Below, piece by piece: positions 29,230 through 38,260 of a stretch of 64,000 bases of DNA. The notes beneath the pieces were generated by a model. That model was not told the origin of the DNA. It saw only the letters and a program-made list of their open reading frames with translations, and made no database searches. The DNA lies in assembly GCA_045106235.1 (NCBI GenBank), contig JBGCEJ010000021.1:20893-84892 (forward strand). The letters run 5' to 3'. Source of the DNA: Myxococcota bacterium (GTDB taxonomy: Bacteria > Myxococcota_A > UBA9160 > UBA4427). How positions within the stretch are numbered: the stretch's first letter is position 1; every line of letters starts with the position of its first letter. The translations under genes and the position numbers were made by a program.

Positions 29230-29425
29230 GGCTCTCTCCTCGTCGTCGGCTGCGGTCGACTCACGGCGTTATCGACGCCGCAGGGAGAGGGCTGTACCGA
29301 TTGTCACGGGAGATTTCGAAACAGCTCCGCATTCAGAGTCTGCGCCGAGGCCGGAAGGCAGAAGATGCGCATTCCATGTGCAGCACGTGTCATAGTCGAC
29401 ACAGGGAGTGCCGTCCGGATCGATG

Positions 29426-30157
29426 TTATTCGACGACGCTTACGTCAGGGATATGCCGCCGCAGGAGCGAGTTGAAATAGTGCCGCGCGCTGCCGGTCTT
29501 TGTGAGGTCGGCCTTCGCGTAGCGCGCGGCTTCGTCTGAGATCGGTTTGGCTTCCCGCGCTTTCATGTGGGCTTCGCAGACCCGCTCCAACAAGAAGAAG
29601 GAAGCCACGGTTTCGCTGACCTCAGCGCCGACGGTGAGGATGCCGTGGTTGCGCAGGATTGCCGCTCGGTTCTGGCCGAGCGCGTCTGCGATCCGCTGTC
29701 CCCCGGCGCAGTCTTGAATCTGCACTTCTTCGTCGTCAAAGACCGCGTGGTCCTCGAAAAAAATGCAGGACTCCTGGGTGATGGCTTTGAGCGGGCGAAC
29801 TTCCGTGGCGAAAGGGGTGCCCCATCCGGTGTGGACATGAGCAGCGCTGTTGATATCGGGTCGAGCCGCGAGGACCGGCTGATGAATATAGTAGGCGGCG
29901 ACGTTGATATGACCGTCGCCCTCGACGAGGCTGCCGTCGGGGCCGACCAGGACGAGGTCTTTGATGGTCGCGGCGTGGTAGGACACACCCCAGCGCAGCA
30001 CCCAGAAACAATCCCGGCGTTCGGGGTCGCGGCCGCTGATATGTCCGTCGCCGAGATCGCCCCAGCGGGCTGCGGCAAAAAGGCGATAGCCGAGGGCGAC
30101 ATCGCGCTTGATTCGGTGACGCTGCTCACGGGGGCTGAGGTCGCTGAGTTTCGGCAT
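29426..30157 (-). CDS. class II aldolase/adducin-family protein
   Basis: 243 aa. 'GHISGRDPE', 'AAHVHT' and 'LRNHGILTVG' are typical class II aldolase motifs. Confidence 0.85.
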   Translation of the reverse strand: MPKLSDLSPREQRHRIKRDVALGYRLFAAARWGDLGDGHISGRDPERRDCFWVLRWGVSYHAATIKDLVLVGPDGSLVEGDGHINVAAYYIHQPVLAARPDINSAAHVHTGWGTPFATEVRPLKAITQESCIFFEDHAVFDDEEVQIQDCAGGQRIADALGQNRAAILRNHGILTVGAEVSETVASFFLLERVCEAHMKAREAKPISDEAARYAKADLTKTGSARHYFNSLLRRHIPDVSVVE

Positions 30158-30443
30158 CGTTTTTCCCCTTTTTCTTGTGACGAATATGCTTTTCGCGAAC
30201 TTCAGCAGGGCATATCCCGGCGTGAGAAGAAGCGCGAGAACAAGCCCAAAATAAGCGTGGACTGAGCGACTTGTCGCGCAGGGAGTGGGACAACAGCCAC
30301 GGTAATGCGCCGGGGTTGGCGTCCAGAGAGCCCCTGAGTTCGCCCGCCCTCTAATAAAGAGGGACGGAATGCAAAAGCGTAGCTAGTCTTTCGGCCGCTG
30401 ACCGGGGGGTCAGCGAGCCAAGACCCTGAGGAGAGTGAGAATT

Positions 30444-31610
30444 ATGAAGTTTGAGCATCTATTGCTGACCGTCGCAGTTGCGGCGAGCGGCGCATGTGCG
30501 ACCCACACCCCGATTCCGTACCAGGCGCCCGTGAGCGCGACGCCGCCGACCGGGAACGTCGCCATCAGCCAGGCCGTCAACCTGTTCGACGCCTCTGGCT
30601 CGCAGGAGCTGACCTTTGCTACAGGCAAAGCGGCACTGGAATCGATCGTCGGCGTCATGCCGAACGGCAGCTACCAGGCCGGCAACATCAATTTTGGTGG
30701 CTTCGACCGCGAAGCGACCGGTATCTCGACCTTCAACCGCTCCTCTTTGGCAGCGGCCGCGAAGGGTGCGACCCACCTCGGTGGTTCGACCCCGCTCTTC
30801 GCCGTACTGGAACGCGATCTCGCTTCGGCGCTCGGTTCGGGCAAGGCCGCCGTCGTTCTGATCTCGGACGGTCTGGCGACGAACTTCGCAGGCAGCGGTG
30901 GCATGGACGCGCGCACGGTGGCCGCGGCTTCGGCCGTCGCCGCGGGACGCTCCGGCGCAACCTGCTTCCACACGGTTCAGACGGGCAACGACGCGTCGGG
31001 TGCGGCTCTGCTTCAGAGCATCGCCAACGTTTCGAGCTGCGGTTCTTTCCGCAACGCTTCGGCGCTGAGCTCGGCTTCGGCCCTGCAGCAGTTCTCCCGC
31101 GACGTCTACCTCGGTGGTGCCGCTCCGGCTCCGCCGCCGCGCCCGGCACCGGCTCCGACGCGAGCGCCGATCTCTCGGCCCGTCGACGGCGACTCGGATA
31201 GCGATGGCGTCCGCGACAGCGCAGACCGCTGCCCGAACACGCTCCGCAACGCAAACGTCGACAACCGCGGTTGCTGGCGACTGCGCGACCTTCGCTTCTC
31301 GGTGAACGGTGCTGCGATTGAGTCGGGTTACACGAACGGCCTCCAAGAGGCGATCGAGGTCCTGCAGGCCAACCCGGGTGTTCGTATCCGCGTCGATGGC
31401 CATACGGATTCCGATGGTTCTGAGAACTACAACCAGGGCCTCTCGGTGCGCCGCGCCGCCAGCGTTCGCGATTATCTCGTGAGCAACGGTGGACTCTCGG
31501 CGGGTCGCTTCGAGGTCCGCGGCTTCGGTGAAAGTCGCCCGGCAGTGCCGAATGATTCGCGCGAGAACAAGCGAATCAACCGACGCGTCGAGCTCACGAT
31601 CATCGACTAG
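30444..31610 (+). CDS. envelope protein: signal peptide + vWA-like domain + thrombospondin-type-3 repeat + OmpA C-terminal domain
   Basis: ORF 30435..31610, with ATG at 30444 after GAGGAGAG. Signal peptide 'LLLTVAVAASGAC'. MIDAS-like 'DASGS'. Pro-rich linker. 'DSDSDGVRDSADRCPNT' is a TSP3-type repeat. The OmpA_C region is 'GHTDSDGSENYNQGLSVRRAASV...NRRVEL'. Confidence 0.85.
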   Translation: MKFEHLLLTVAVAASGACATHTPIPYQAPVSATPPTGNVAISQAVNLFDASGSQELTFATGKAALESIVGVMPNGSYQAGNINFGGFDREATGISTFNRSSLAAAAKGATHLGGSTPLFAVLERDLASALGSGKAAVVLISDGLATNFAGSGGMDARTVAAASAVAAGRSGATCFHTVQTGNDASGAALLQSIANVSSCGSFRNASALSSASALQQFSRDVYLGGAAPAPPPRPAPAPTRAPISRPVDGDSDSDGVRDSADRCPNTLRNANVDNRGCWRLRDLRFSVNGAAIESGYTNGLQEAIEVLQANPGVRIRVDGHTDSDGSENYNQGLSVRRAASVRDYLVSNGGLSAGRFEVRGFGESRPAVPNDSRENKRINRRVELTIID

Positions 31611-31670
31611 CTCGGACGAATCCGACCCGTGTGGGCATAGCCCGCGCGAGACCGATTCGGCATGATCAAG

Positions 31671-31708
31671 GGCCCGGAGACATAGTCTCCGGGCCTTTCT
31701 CTTTCTTG
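31671..31708 (+). terminator. rho-independent terminator after the OmpA-family gene
   Basis: GGCCCGGAGAC-ATA-GTCTCCGGGCC is a perfect 11-bp stem. It is followed by TTTCTCTTTCTT. Confidence 0.8.
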
Positions 31709-31734
31709 CGATCCTTTTTTTAACAGGGGGCCGA

Positions 31735-34005
31735 ATGCGGCTCGCTTCGAACAGACGAGCCGCCGCTTTCCGAGTCGTGGCGCGCGCGGCCTTCCTGGCC
31801 CTCCTTCTCGGTGCGGTTGCGTCCTCGCCTTTGCCGGCCGGGGCTGAGGGGCAGGTTCCCGCCAGCGCTTCCGTGGACGAAGGGGCATTGGCGAAGATGG
31901 AGCGGCCGGAGGTTCAGATTGGCTGGACCGAGACACCTCCGGAACTGAACGGGCGGATCGATCCGGCAGAATGGGCAGACGCGGCGTACGTCGACGAGTT
32001 TGGCCAGGCGCGCCCGGATGAGGGCAAGGCCCCGACCCAGCGCACCGAAGTCTGGATCATGACCGACGAGGAGCATCTCTATATCGCCGCGCGGCTCTGG
32101 GATACGCACCCCGAGGAGATTGTGGCGTCGCAGATGGCGCGGGACGCGAACACCGCACAAGACGACCGCTTCGGCTTTACGATCGATCCCTTCCTTGATC
32201 GACAGAACGGCTATTTCTTTCAGGTCAACGCCAATGGGGTGCGACGCGACTTCTTGATTGAAGGCAGTAAGGCTGAGTCGAGTTGGGATGGGCGCTGGTA
32301 TGCGAAGGCCCGTGTCGATGCGGAGGGGTGGAGCGTCGAGATCGCTTTGCCTTACGCCACGATCAATTTCGACGCTGAAGCGGATGTCTGGGGCTTCAAT
32401 ATGGCGCGTGGAATTCGGCGACGCGACGAGATTGATCGCTGGTCGGATCCTGTCCGCGATCGTTTTCTGATCGCGATGGGACGAGCGGGAAACCTCGTGG
32501 GGATGCGCGGGGTCAAGCAGGGACTTGGGCTTCAGATCGTGCCTGCGCTCACCGCGCGGCGGGTCGACGATTTTGATGATCTTCCGAGTGAGGACCAGCG
32601 TCGCAATTACACCCGCTTCGACCCGAGTCTGGATGCCTTTTATAAAATCACCCCTTCGGTGACGACCTCGCTCACGGTCAATACGGATTTCGGAGAGACC
32701 GAGGCCGACGATCGGCAGGTCAATCTGGATCGCTTTGCGCTCTTTTTCCCAGAGAAGCGCGATTTCTTTTTGCAGGATGCGCTGATCTTCGATTTCGGGG
32801 AAGTCGAAGAAAACGGTCGTCCCTTCTTTTCGCGGCGAATCGGGTTGAGCTCGTCGGGCGAACCGGAAGGGATTCTCGCGGGTGCGAAAGTCACGGGCCG
32901 AATCGGACCCGTGAAGCTCGGCATTCTGGACGTCGTACTCGACGAGCACGATCAGGTCGATCAACAGAACCTGTTAGTCGCGCGCGGGGCACTCAATCTG
33001 GGGGAATCGACGCTCGGGCTGATCATGACGCACGGCGACCCGAGCGGGACCAGCGAGAATGGTGTCGTCGGCGCGGATTTCATCTACCGCAACTCGAATT
33101 TCGGGGAGAGCCGGACGCTGCGCGGGAGTGCGTGGTTCCAGTCGAGCTTCAGCAACCCGGATACCGGTCCGAACGCCGAAAGCGATCCGGTGAACGGGAC
33201 CGGCTTCGCCTATGGCGGGTCGCTCACCTACCCGAACGATAAGCATGACGCGGAAGCGCAGATCCAGATTCTGGACGAGGATTTCAATCCGGCCCTTGGC
33301 TTCGCGAATCGGACGGGGATCCGCCGCTACTCCGCGCGCTATCGCCGAAGATGGCGCCCCGATTCGGACACGGTTCAGCTTGTCGATAGCGAGCTTGATG
33401 CCCGACTCATTACGGGGTTCTCGCCGGATGTTCAGACCGCAGAGCTGACCTGGTCTGCCCTCGAACTCACGAGTCCGATCGGCGACGCGATTCGCTTTCA
33501 GTACAACCATCGCTACGAGTTCGTCGAATCCGAGTTCTCGAATTTCGTTGTACCGCGCGGGCGATACCATTTTGATGAGGGGCGGATCCGGTTGCAGGCG
33601 AGCCTGAATCGCCCGGTCGGAGGAGAGGTCACGTTCACCTACGGTGATTTCTTCGATGGGACGCGTGCGCGCGTGGAGGCGGACGCGACGATCCGCTTTT
33701 CGAAACATATCCAGACCGGGTTGATCTATGAGCTGAACGATATTCGTCTGCCCGGCGGCAATGAACGCATTCAACTTCTTCGCGGTCGCCTGAGCCTGTT
33801 CTTCACTCCGGACATCTCCTGGGTCACTCTGGTTCAATTCGATACGATCAGCGATTCGATCTCGATTAACAGCCGCTTCCGCTGGATCATCGAAGACGGG
33901 CGAGAGCTTTTCCTCGTGCTCAATCAAGGTTTTGATGCCCGGGACGACGTGCGGGCGACACGAACGGCGCCGCTTGCGAAACTACAATGGACCGTGCGCT
34001 TCTAG
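31735..34005 (+). CDS. CBM9-like / DUF5916 outer-membrane-associated protein
   Basis: 756 aa with a signal peptide. 'RTEVWIMTDEEHLYIAARLWD...DDRFGFTIDPFLDRQNGYFFQVNANG...WDGRWYAKARVDAEGWSVEIALP' matches the carbohydrate-binding family 9 / DUF5916 layout. Confidence 0.75.
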   Translation: MRLASNRRAAAFRVVARAAFLALLLGAVASSPLPAGAEGQVPASASVDEGALAKMERPEVQIGWTETPPELNGRIDPAEWADAAYVDEFGQARPDEGKAPTQRTEVWIMTDEEHLYIAARLWDTHPEEIVASQMARDANTAQDDRFGFTIDPFLDRQNGYFFQVNANGVRRDFLIEGSKAESSWDGRWYAKARVDAEGWSVEIALPYATINFDAEADVWGFNMARGIRRRDEIDRWSDPVRDRFLIAMGRAGNLVGMRGVKQGLGLQIVPALTARRVDDFDDLPSEDQRRNYTRFDPSLDAFYKITPSVTTSLTVNTDFGETEADDRQVNLDRFALFFPEKRDFFLQDALIFDFGEVEENGRPFFSRRIGLSSSGEPEGILAGAKVTGRIGPVKLGILDVVLDEHDQVDQQNLLVARGALNLGESTLGLIMTHGDPSGTSENGVVGADFIYRNSNFGESRTLRGSAWFQSSFSNPDTGPNAESDPVNGTGFAYGGSLTYPNDKHDAEAQIQILDEDFNPALGFANRTGIRRYSARYRRRWRPDSDTVQLVDSELDARLITGFSPDVQTAELTWSALELTSPIGDAIRFQYNHRYEFVESEFSNFVVPRGRYHFDEGRIRLQASLNRPVGGEVTFTYGDFFDGTRARVEADATIRFSKHIQTGLIYELNDIRLPGGNERIQLLRGRLSLFFTPDISWVTLVQFDTISDSISINSRFRWIIEDGRELFLVLNQGFDARDDVRATRTAPLAKLQWTVRF

Positions 34006-34031
34006 GCCTCGGTCCGAGGAGAGGGCGAAGG

Positions 34032-35534
34032 ATGAGAAAGCAATTGGGGTTTGGATGGGCCGTGCTTGGGCTCTGCCTCTGCCTGTTTGGGGTGACTCCT
34101 TCCTTTGCCGAGCCGGACGCTGTGGCAGCGGTCTCCGGCACCTCCTCCACCGCTCCGCCCTCGGCCGCCTCGCGCGAAATTGCGGAAAGGCTGGCTGGAG
34201 CGATTCGCTTCGAGAGCGTGAGCTACGAGGCGGCGGAAGATTTCGATGCAGCGCCCTTCGAGGCTTTGGCGGCTTTCCTGGCTGAGCATTACCCGCGGAC
34301 CCATGCGGAGCTTGCGCTTACGAAAGTGAACGCGCATTCGATGCTCTTTGAATGGAAGGGGTCGGCCCCCGATCTCGCGCCGGGTCTCTTTATGTCCCAT
34401 CTCGATGTCGTGCCCGTTTCGGAGACAGCACTCGAGGGCTGGGATCAGCCCCCTTTCGAAGGCGTGATCGATGACGGCTTTGTGTGGGGGCGTGGGGCGA
34501 TCGATGTGAAGTCCGGGGTGATCCTTTGGCTGGAGGCGGCGGAGGCACTTCTTGCGGAGGGGTTTCAGCCGAAGCGGACGCTGTACCTCGCCTTTGGTCA
34601 TGATGAGGAAATCGGAGGGCATAACGGCGCGGGCGCGATCGCGGCGCGGCTTGAGTCCGAGGGCGTTCGGCTGGCCTTCTTGTTCGATGAAGGGGGTTTT
34701 CTTTTCGATGGACATCCGCTCGTGCCTGATCGGACCGTGGCGCAGATCGTCACGGCGGAGAAGGCCTACTACACGGTTGTGCTGACGGCGCGAGGGGTGA
34801 GTGGGCATTCGTCTTTGCCTCCGCGGACAACGGCGATCGGGAAGTTATCGCGTGCGATCGCGGCGGTGGAAGCGAATCCCATGCCCACGCGTTTGATTGA
34901 GCCGGTCCGGGAGATGCTTGCGGCGGCGCAGCCGCATGTGTCGGGCCTCGACGGTTTTGCGCTTGGTAACCTTTGGTTGACCAAGGGGATGGTGATCAAG
35001 AACTTGCTGAAAGATGATGTGAGCGCGGCGATGGTGCGTACGACCTTTGCGGCGACGCTGGTTTCCGGGGGCGTCAAAGAGAACGTCATCCCGGAAAGCG
35101 CGCAGGCGACGATCAACGTGCGGATCCTGCCCGGGGATACGCCCGAGGATGTCTTGGCGCATCTCCGAAAAGTGATTGATGATCCCGAGATTGAGATCGA
35201 AGGGACGCCCTGGGGACCGATCTCGAAACCCGGTTCCTCGAGTGGCCCGGCTTTCCAAATGGCGGCGGATGCAGTTCGCGGGGTTCTGCCGGAGGCGGTT
35301 GTGATGCCCGGCTTGGTTCCCGGCGCGACGGATACCGTGCACTATATGGGGATCACGGACGAAGTTCTCCGCTTCGTTCCGCTTCGTGTCGGGATCGCGC
35401 AGGTGGGGGGCGCTCACGGTCGAAATGAGCGGATTGCGGTGGCGCCCCTTGAACAGTCGCGCCGCATTGCGACGGATTTGATGCGCCGCGCGGGAGCAGG
35501 GCTCGAGGGTGCGGCTGGGACGGCGTCGGAATAG
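34032..35534 (+). CDS. M20/M25/M40 family metallopeptidase (secreted)
   Basis: ORF 33987..35534. Start at ATG 34032 after GGAGAGGG, with a signal peptide. 'SHLDVVP' and 'GHDEEIGG' are M20 motifs. Confidence 0.85.
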   Translation: MRKQLGFGWAVLGLCLCLFGVTPSFAEPDAVAAVSGTSSTAPPSAASREIAERLAGAIRFESVSYEAAEDFDAAPFEALAAFLAEHYPRTHAELALTKVNAHSMLFEWKGSAPDLAPGLFMSHLDVVPVSETALEGWDQPPFEGVIDDGFVWGRGAIDVKSGVILWLEAAEALLAEGFQPKRTLYLAFGHDEEIGGHNGAGAIAARLESEGVRLAFLFDEGGFLFDGHPLVPDRTVAQIVTAEKAYYTVVLTARGVSGHSSLPPRTTAIGKLSRAIAAVEANPMPTRLIEPVREMLAAAQPHVSGLDGFALGNLWLTKGMVIKNLLKDDVSAAMVRTTFAATLVSGGVKENVIPESAQATINVRILPGDTPEDVLAHLRKVIDDPEIEIEGTPWGPISKPGSSSGPAFQMAADAVRGVLPEAVVMPGLVPGATDTVHYMGITDEVLRFVPLRVGIAQVGGAHGRNERIAVAPLEQSRRIATDLMRRAGAGLEGAAGTASE

Positions 35535-35561
35535 GGGCTCAGCGTCTTCTTGGCCTGAGCG

Positions 35562-36767
35562 TTAGGCGGATAGGTCGCCCTCGATCGACTTTCTGAGGAC
35601 GCGTTCGAGTTCGGCGTGGCTGCAGGGCTTGGGATTCGTTGCGAGGGAGGGATCCGCCGCGGCCATCGGGACGAGGGCGGCGATTTGGTCCTCGCTGACG
35701 ATGCCTTCAAGTGTATTGGGGAGTCCGAGCCGGCTTCGGAGTCCGAGAACCCATTCAAGAACGTCTTCAAAGCGCTCGCCTTCGAGGCCGATGGCCTGGG
35801 CGAGGCGGGGCATCCTTGCCTCGATCACTTCACGATTATGCACCATGACGTAGGGATGGAATATCGCGTTGGCTGTGCCGTGGTGGAGGCCGGTCATGCC
35901 GCCGACGGGATGGGACAGGGCGTGAATGAGGCCGAGGCCTTTCTGGAAGGCCGTCGCGCCCATGGCCGCCGCCATGATCAGGTGTGTTCGGGCTTCGAGA
36001 TCTGCGCCGTCGTCAAAGGCGCGGACGAGGTTTTCGCGGATCAGCCGCATGCCTTCGAGGGCGATGCCGTCCGCCATGGGGTGGTATCCCGGGGCGCACC
36101 AAGCCTCGAAGCAGTGGGCGAGGGCGTCCATGCCGGTGGCGGCGGTGAGCCCGGGCGGAAGTCCCAAGGTGAGTTCAGGGTCGGCAAGGACCGCATCGGG
36201 CTGCATGGCGGGATGGAAGATGATCTTCTTGTTCTGTTCCGCAGGGTCGAGGATGACCGCCGCCCGGCCGACCTCTGAGCCGGTGCCGGCGGTTGTCGGG
36301 ATCGCGATGGTGGGCAGGATCAGGTCCGCGTCGGCGCGCCTCCAGTTGTCGCCGACGTCTTCGTAGTCGAGGACGGATCCCGGATTCTTCGCGAGCAGCG
36401 CGATGCATTTCCCCGCATCCATCGCCGAGCCTCCGCCGATCAGGATGCAGCCATCTGCACGATGGGCGTTTGCGGCCGAGCGGCCCGCGTCGATCTGCGG
36501 GGCAGCGGGGTTCGCCTCGATTTCAGAAAAGACCGCGGGTTCGAGGCCGGCTGCGCTGAGCGCGGCTTCGATTGGAGCAAACCACGGGAGGCCGAGGATG
36601 CCCGGGTCGGTCACGATCAAGGGCCGTCTCATGTTCAGCTCCTCGCATAGGCTTGCGAGCTCCGTGATCCGGCCCGCGCCGATCCGGTAGCTGTTCGGGT
36701 AGTTCGAGTTGCCGAAGGGCGGGGCATGGGGGGAGCCGGAATCTCGGCTGCTGTTCGGATCGCTCAA
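35562..36767 (-). CDS. iron-containing alcohol dehydrogenase
   Basis: 401 aa. 'GGGSAMDAGK', 'IAIPTTAGTGSE' and 'HALSHPVGG...HGTANA' are Fe-ADH motifs. Confidence 0.88.
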   Translation of the reverse strand: MSDPNSSRDSGSPHAPPFGNSNYPNSYRIGAGRITELASLCEELNMRRPLIVTDPGILGLPWFAPIEAALSAAGLEPAVFSEIEANPAAPQIDAGRSAANAHRADGCILIGGGSAMDAGKCIALLAKNPGSVLDYEDVGDNWRRADADLILPTIAIPTTAGTGSEVGRAAVILDPAEQNKKIIFHPAMQPDAVLADPELTLGLPPGLTAATGMDALAHCFEAWCAPGYHPMADGIALEGMRLIRENLVRAFDDGADLEARTHLIMAAAMGATAFQKGLGLIHALSHPVGGMTGLHHGTANAIFHPYVMVHNREVIEARMPRLAQAIGLEGERFEDVLEWVLGLRSRLGLPNTLEGIVSEDQIAALVPMAAADPSLATNPKPCSHAELERVLRKSIEGDLSA

Positions 36768-36781
36768 GGGATTCTCCCCGC

Positions 36782-38206
36782 TCAGATGATTTCGAAATAG
36801 CGCGCAAGGTCGATGTCGCTGACCTGGCGTCTGAATTCGCGGACTTCCCAGTCCCGCGTACTGCTGTAGTGATCGACGAAGGCGTCGCCAAAGGCGCTTC
36901 GCGCGAAGGCTGAGTCGCGGAGCTTTTGGCTGGCCTCTTCGAGGGTCGCGGGGAGCATCGCCGCCAGGGCTTGGGGATCTTCGTAGGCGTTGCCTGCGAT
37001 GGGGTCGCCGAGTTCCAGCCCTTCCTCAATCCCGCGGAGACCCGAGGCGAGCGCGGCCGAAGCCGCGAGGTAGGGATTCGCGTCGGCGGGAGCGACGCGG
37101 TACTCGCTGCGCTGTGCCTTGGGGCCGCCGGGAATGACGCGGATCGATGTGCTTCGGTTTTCGATGCCCCAATTGGCGGCGGTCGGAGCCCACATGCCCG
37201 GGACGAGTCGGCGGTAGGCATTCACCGTCGAGCACACCATCGCGAGCACTTCGGGCATGTACCGAACCTGTCCCGCGACGAATTGCCGCATCAGCGCGCT
37301 CATTCCGTGCGTCTCTCCCTCGGCGTAAAAAACGTTCGTCTCCGTTTTGAGGTCCGCGAGCGAGAGGTGGAGATGGCCGCTCTGTCCGGGGTATTCGCTG
37401 CTCCATTTTGCCATGAAGGTGGCCATGAGACCGTTTTGCTGCGCGAAGACCTTCGTGAAGGTTTTGAAGAGCGCGGCTTTGTCTGCGGCATCGAGCCCGC
37501 GCGCATAACGGATCGCGGCTTCGATCACGCCCGGTCCTGTTTCGGTATGCAGTCCTTCGATCGCGCAGCCGAAATCCTCCATCGTCTCCAGCAGGTCATG
37601 GTAGAAATCCGCATGGACTGAGTTGCGCAGGACCGAGTAGCCGAACATGCCCGGGGTGACGGGCTTGAGGTCGCGGTAGCCTTTTTCGCGGATGCTATGG
37701 GGCGTCTCGTCGAAGAGGAAGAACTCATATTCGAACGCGGCGTCGACGCCAAAGCCCATGGCTGCCGCCTTTTCGAGGCTACGCGTGAAGAGCGTTCTCG
37801 GGCAGAACCTTGAGTAGTCTGCGGAAGCGCCTGCTGCGGAGTCTGCGCCAGAGTCCTCGGCGAAACTTCCGATCAAGAGAAGGGTGTCCTCTTCGAAGGG
37901 AATTCGGCGGAGGGAAGCCAGGTCAAGACGGACCGAAGCGTCGCGGTAACCCGTATGCCATCCCGAGGCGGCTTCCGAGCCTACGCCTTCGTAGAGTTCG
38001 TCATGCATGTCCCAACCCAGGACGACATCGCAGAAGCCAAAGCCTTTGTCGACGGCGGAGCTGAGTTTTTCGCGGTTCACGTATTTACCGCGCATCACGC
38101 CGTCGATATCAAAAATCCCGATCTTGAAAAAGCGAATGCCCTCTCGGTCGATCCAGGCGTCCAGTTCCGCGCCGTTCGTGACGCCTTCCGTTCCTTCGGG
38201 TTTCAT
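36782..38206 (-). CDS. glutamine synthetase family protein (gamma-glutamyl-amine synthetase-like)
   Basis: 474 aa. GS catalytic-domain motifs 'EGLHTETGPGVIE', 'GQSGHLHLSL' and 'NRSTSIRV'. Confidence 0.85.
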   Translation of the reverse strand: MKPEGTEGVTNGAELDAWIDREGIRFFKIGIFDIDGVMRGKYVNREKLSSAVDKGFGFCDVVLGWDMHDELYEGVGSEAASGWHTGYRDASVRLDLASLRRIPFEEDTLLLIGSFAEDSGADSAAGASADYSRFCPRTLFTRSLEKAAAMGFGVDAAFEYEFFLFDETPHSIREKGYRDLKPVTPGMFGYSVLRNSVHADFYHDLLETMEDFGCAIEGLHTETGPGVIEAAIRYARGLDAADKAALFKTFTKVFAQQNGLMATFMAKWSSEYPGQSGHLHLSLADLKTETNVFYAEGETHGMSALMRQFVAGQVRYMPEVLAMVCSTVNAYRRLVPGMWAPTAANWGIENRSTSIRVIPGGPKAQRSEYRVAPADANPYLAASAALASGLRGIEEGLELGDPIAGNAYEDPQALAAMLPATLEEASQKLRDSAFARSAFGDAFVDHYSSTRDWEVREFRRQVSDIDLARYFEII

Positions 38207-38260
38207 ATTCGCCTCTTCTTACGCTTAAGCTGTTTTTGGGCGGCGCGTCGACCCCTAGGC

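Noticed and set aside
30459-33927. Long antisense ORFs (314, 414 and 317 aa) opposite the OmpA-family and DUF5916 genes.
   Set aside because: They have no recognisable motifs and Arg-rich composition. The sense frames carry strong domain signatures and signal peptides.
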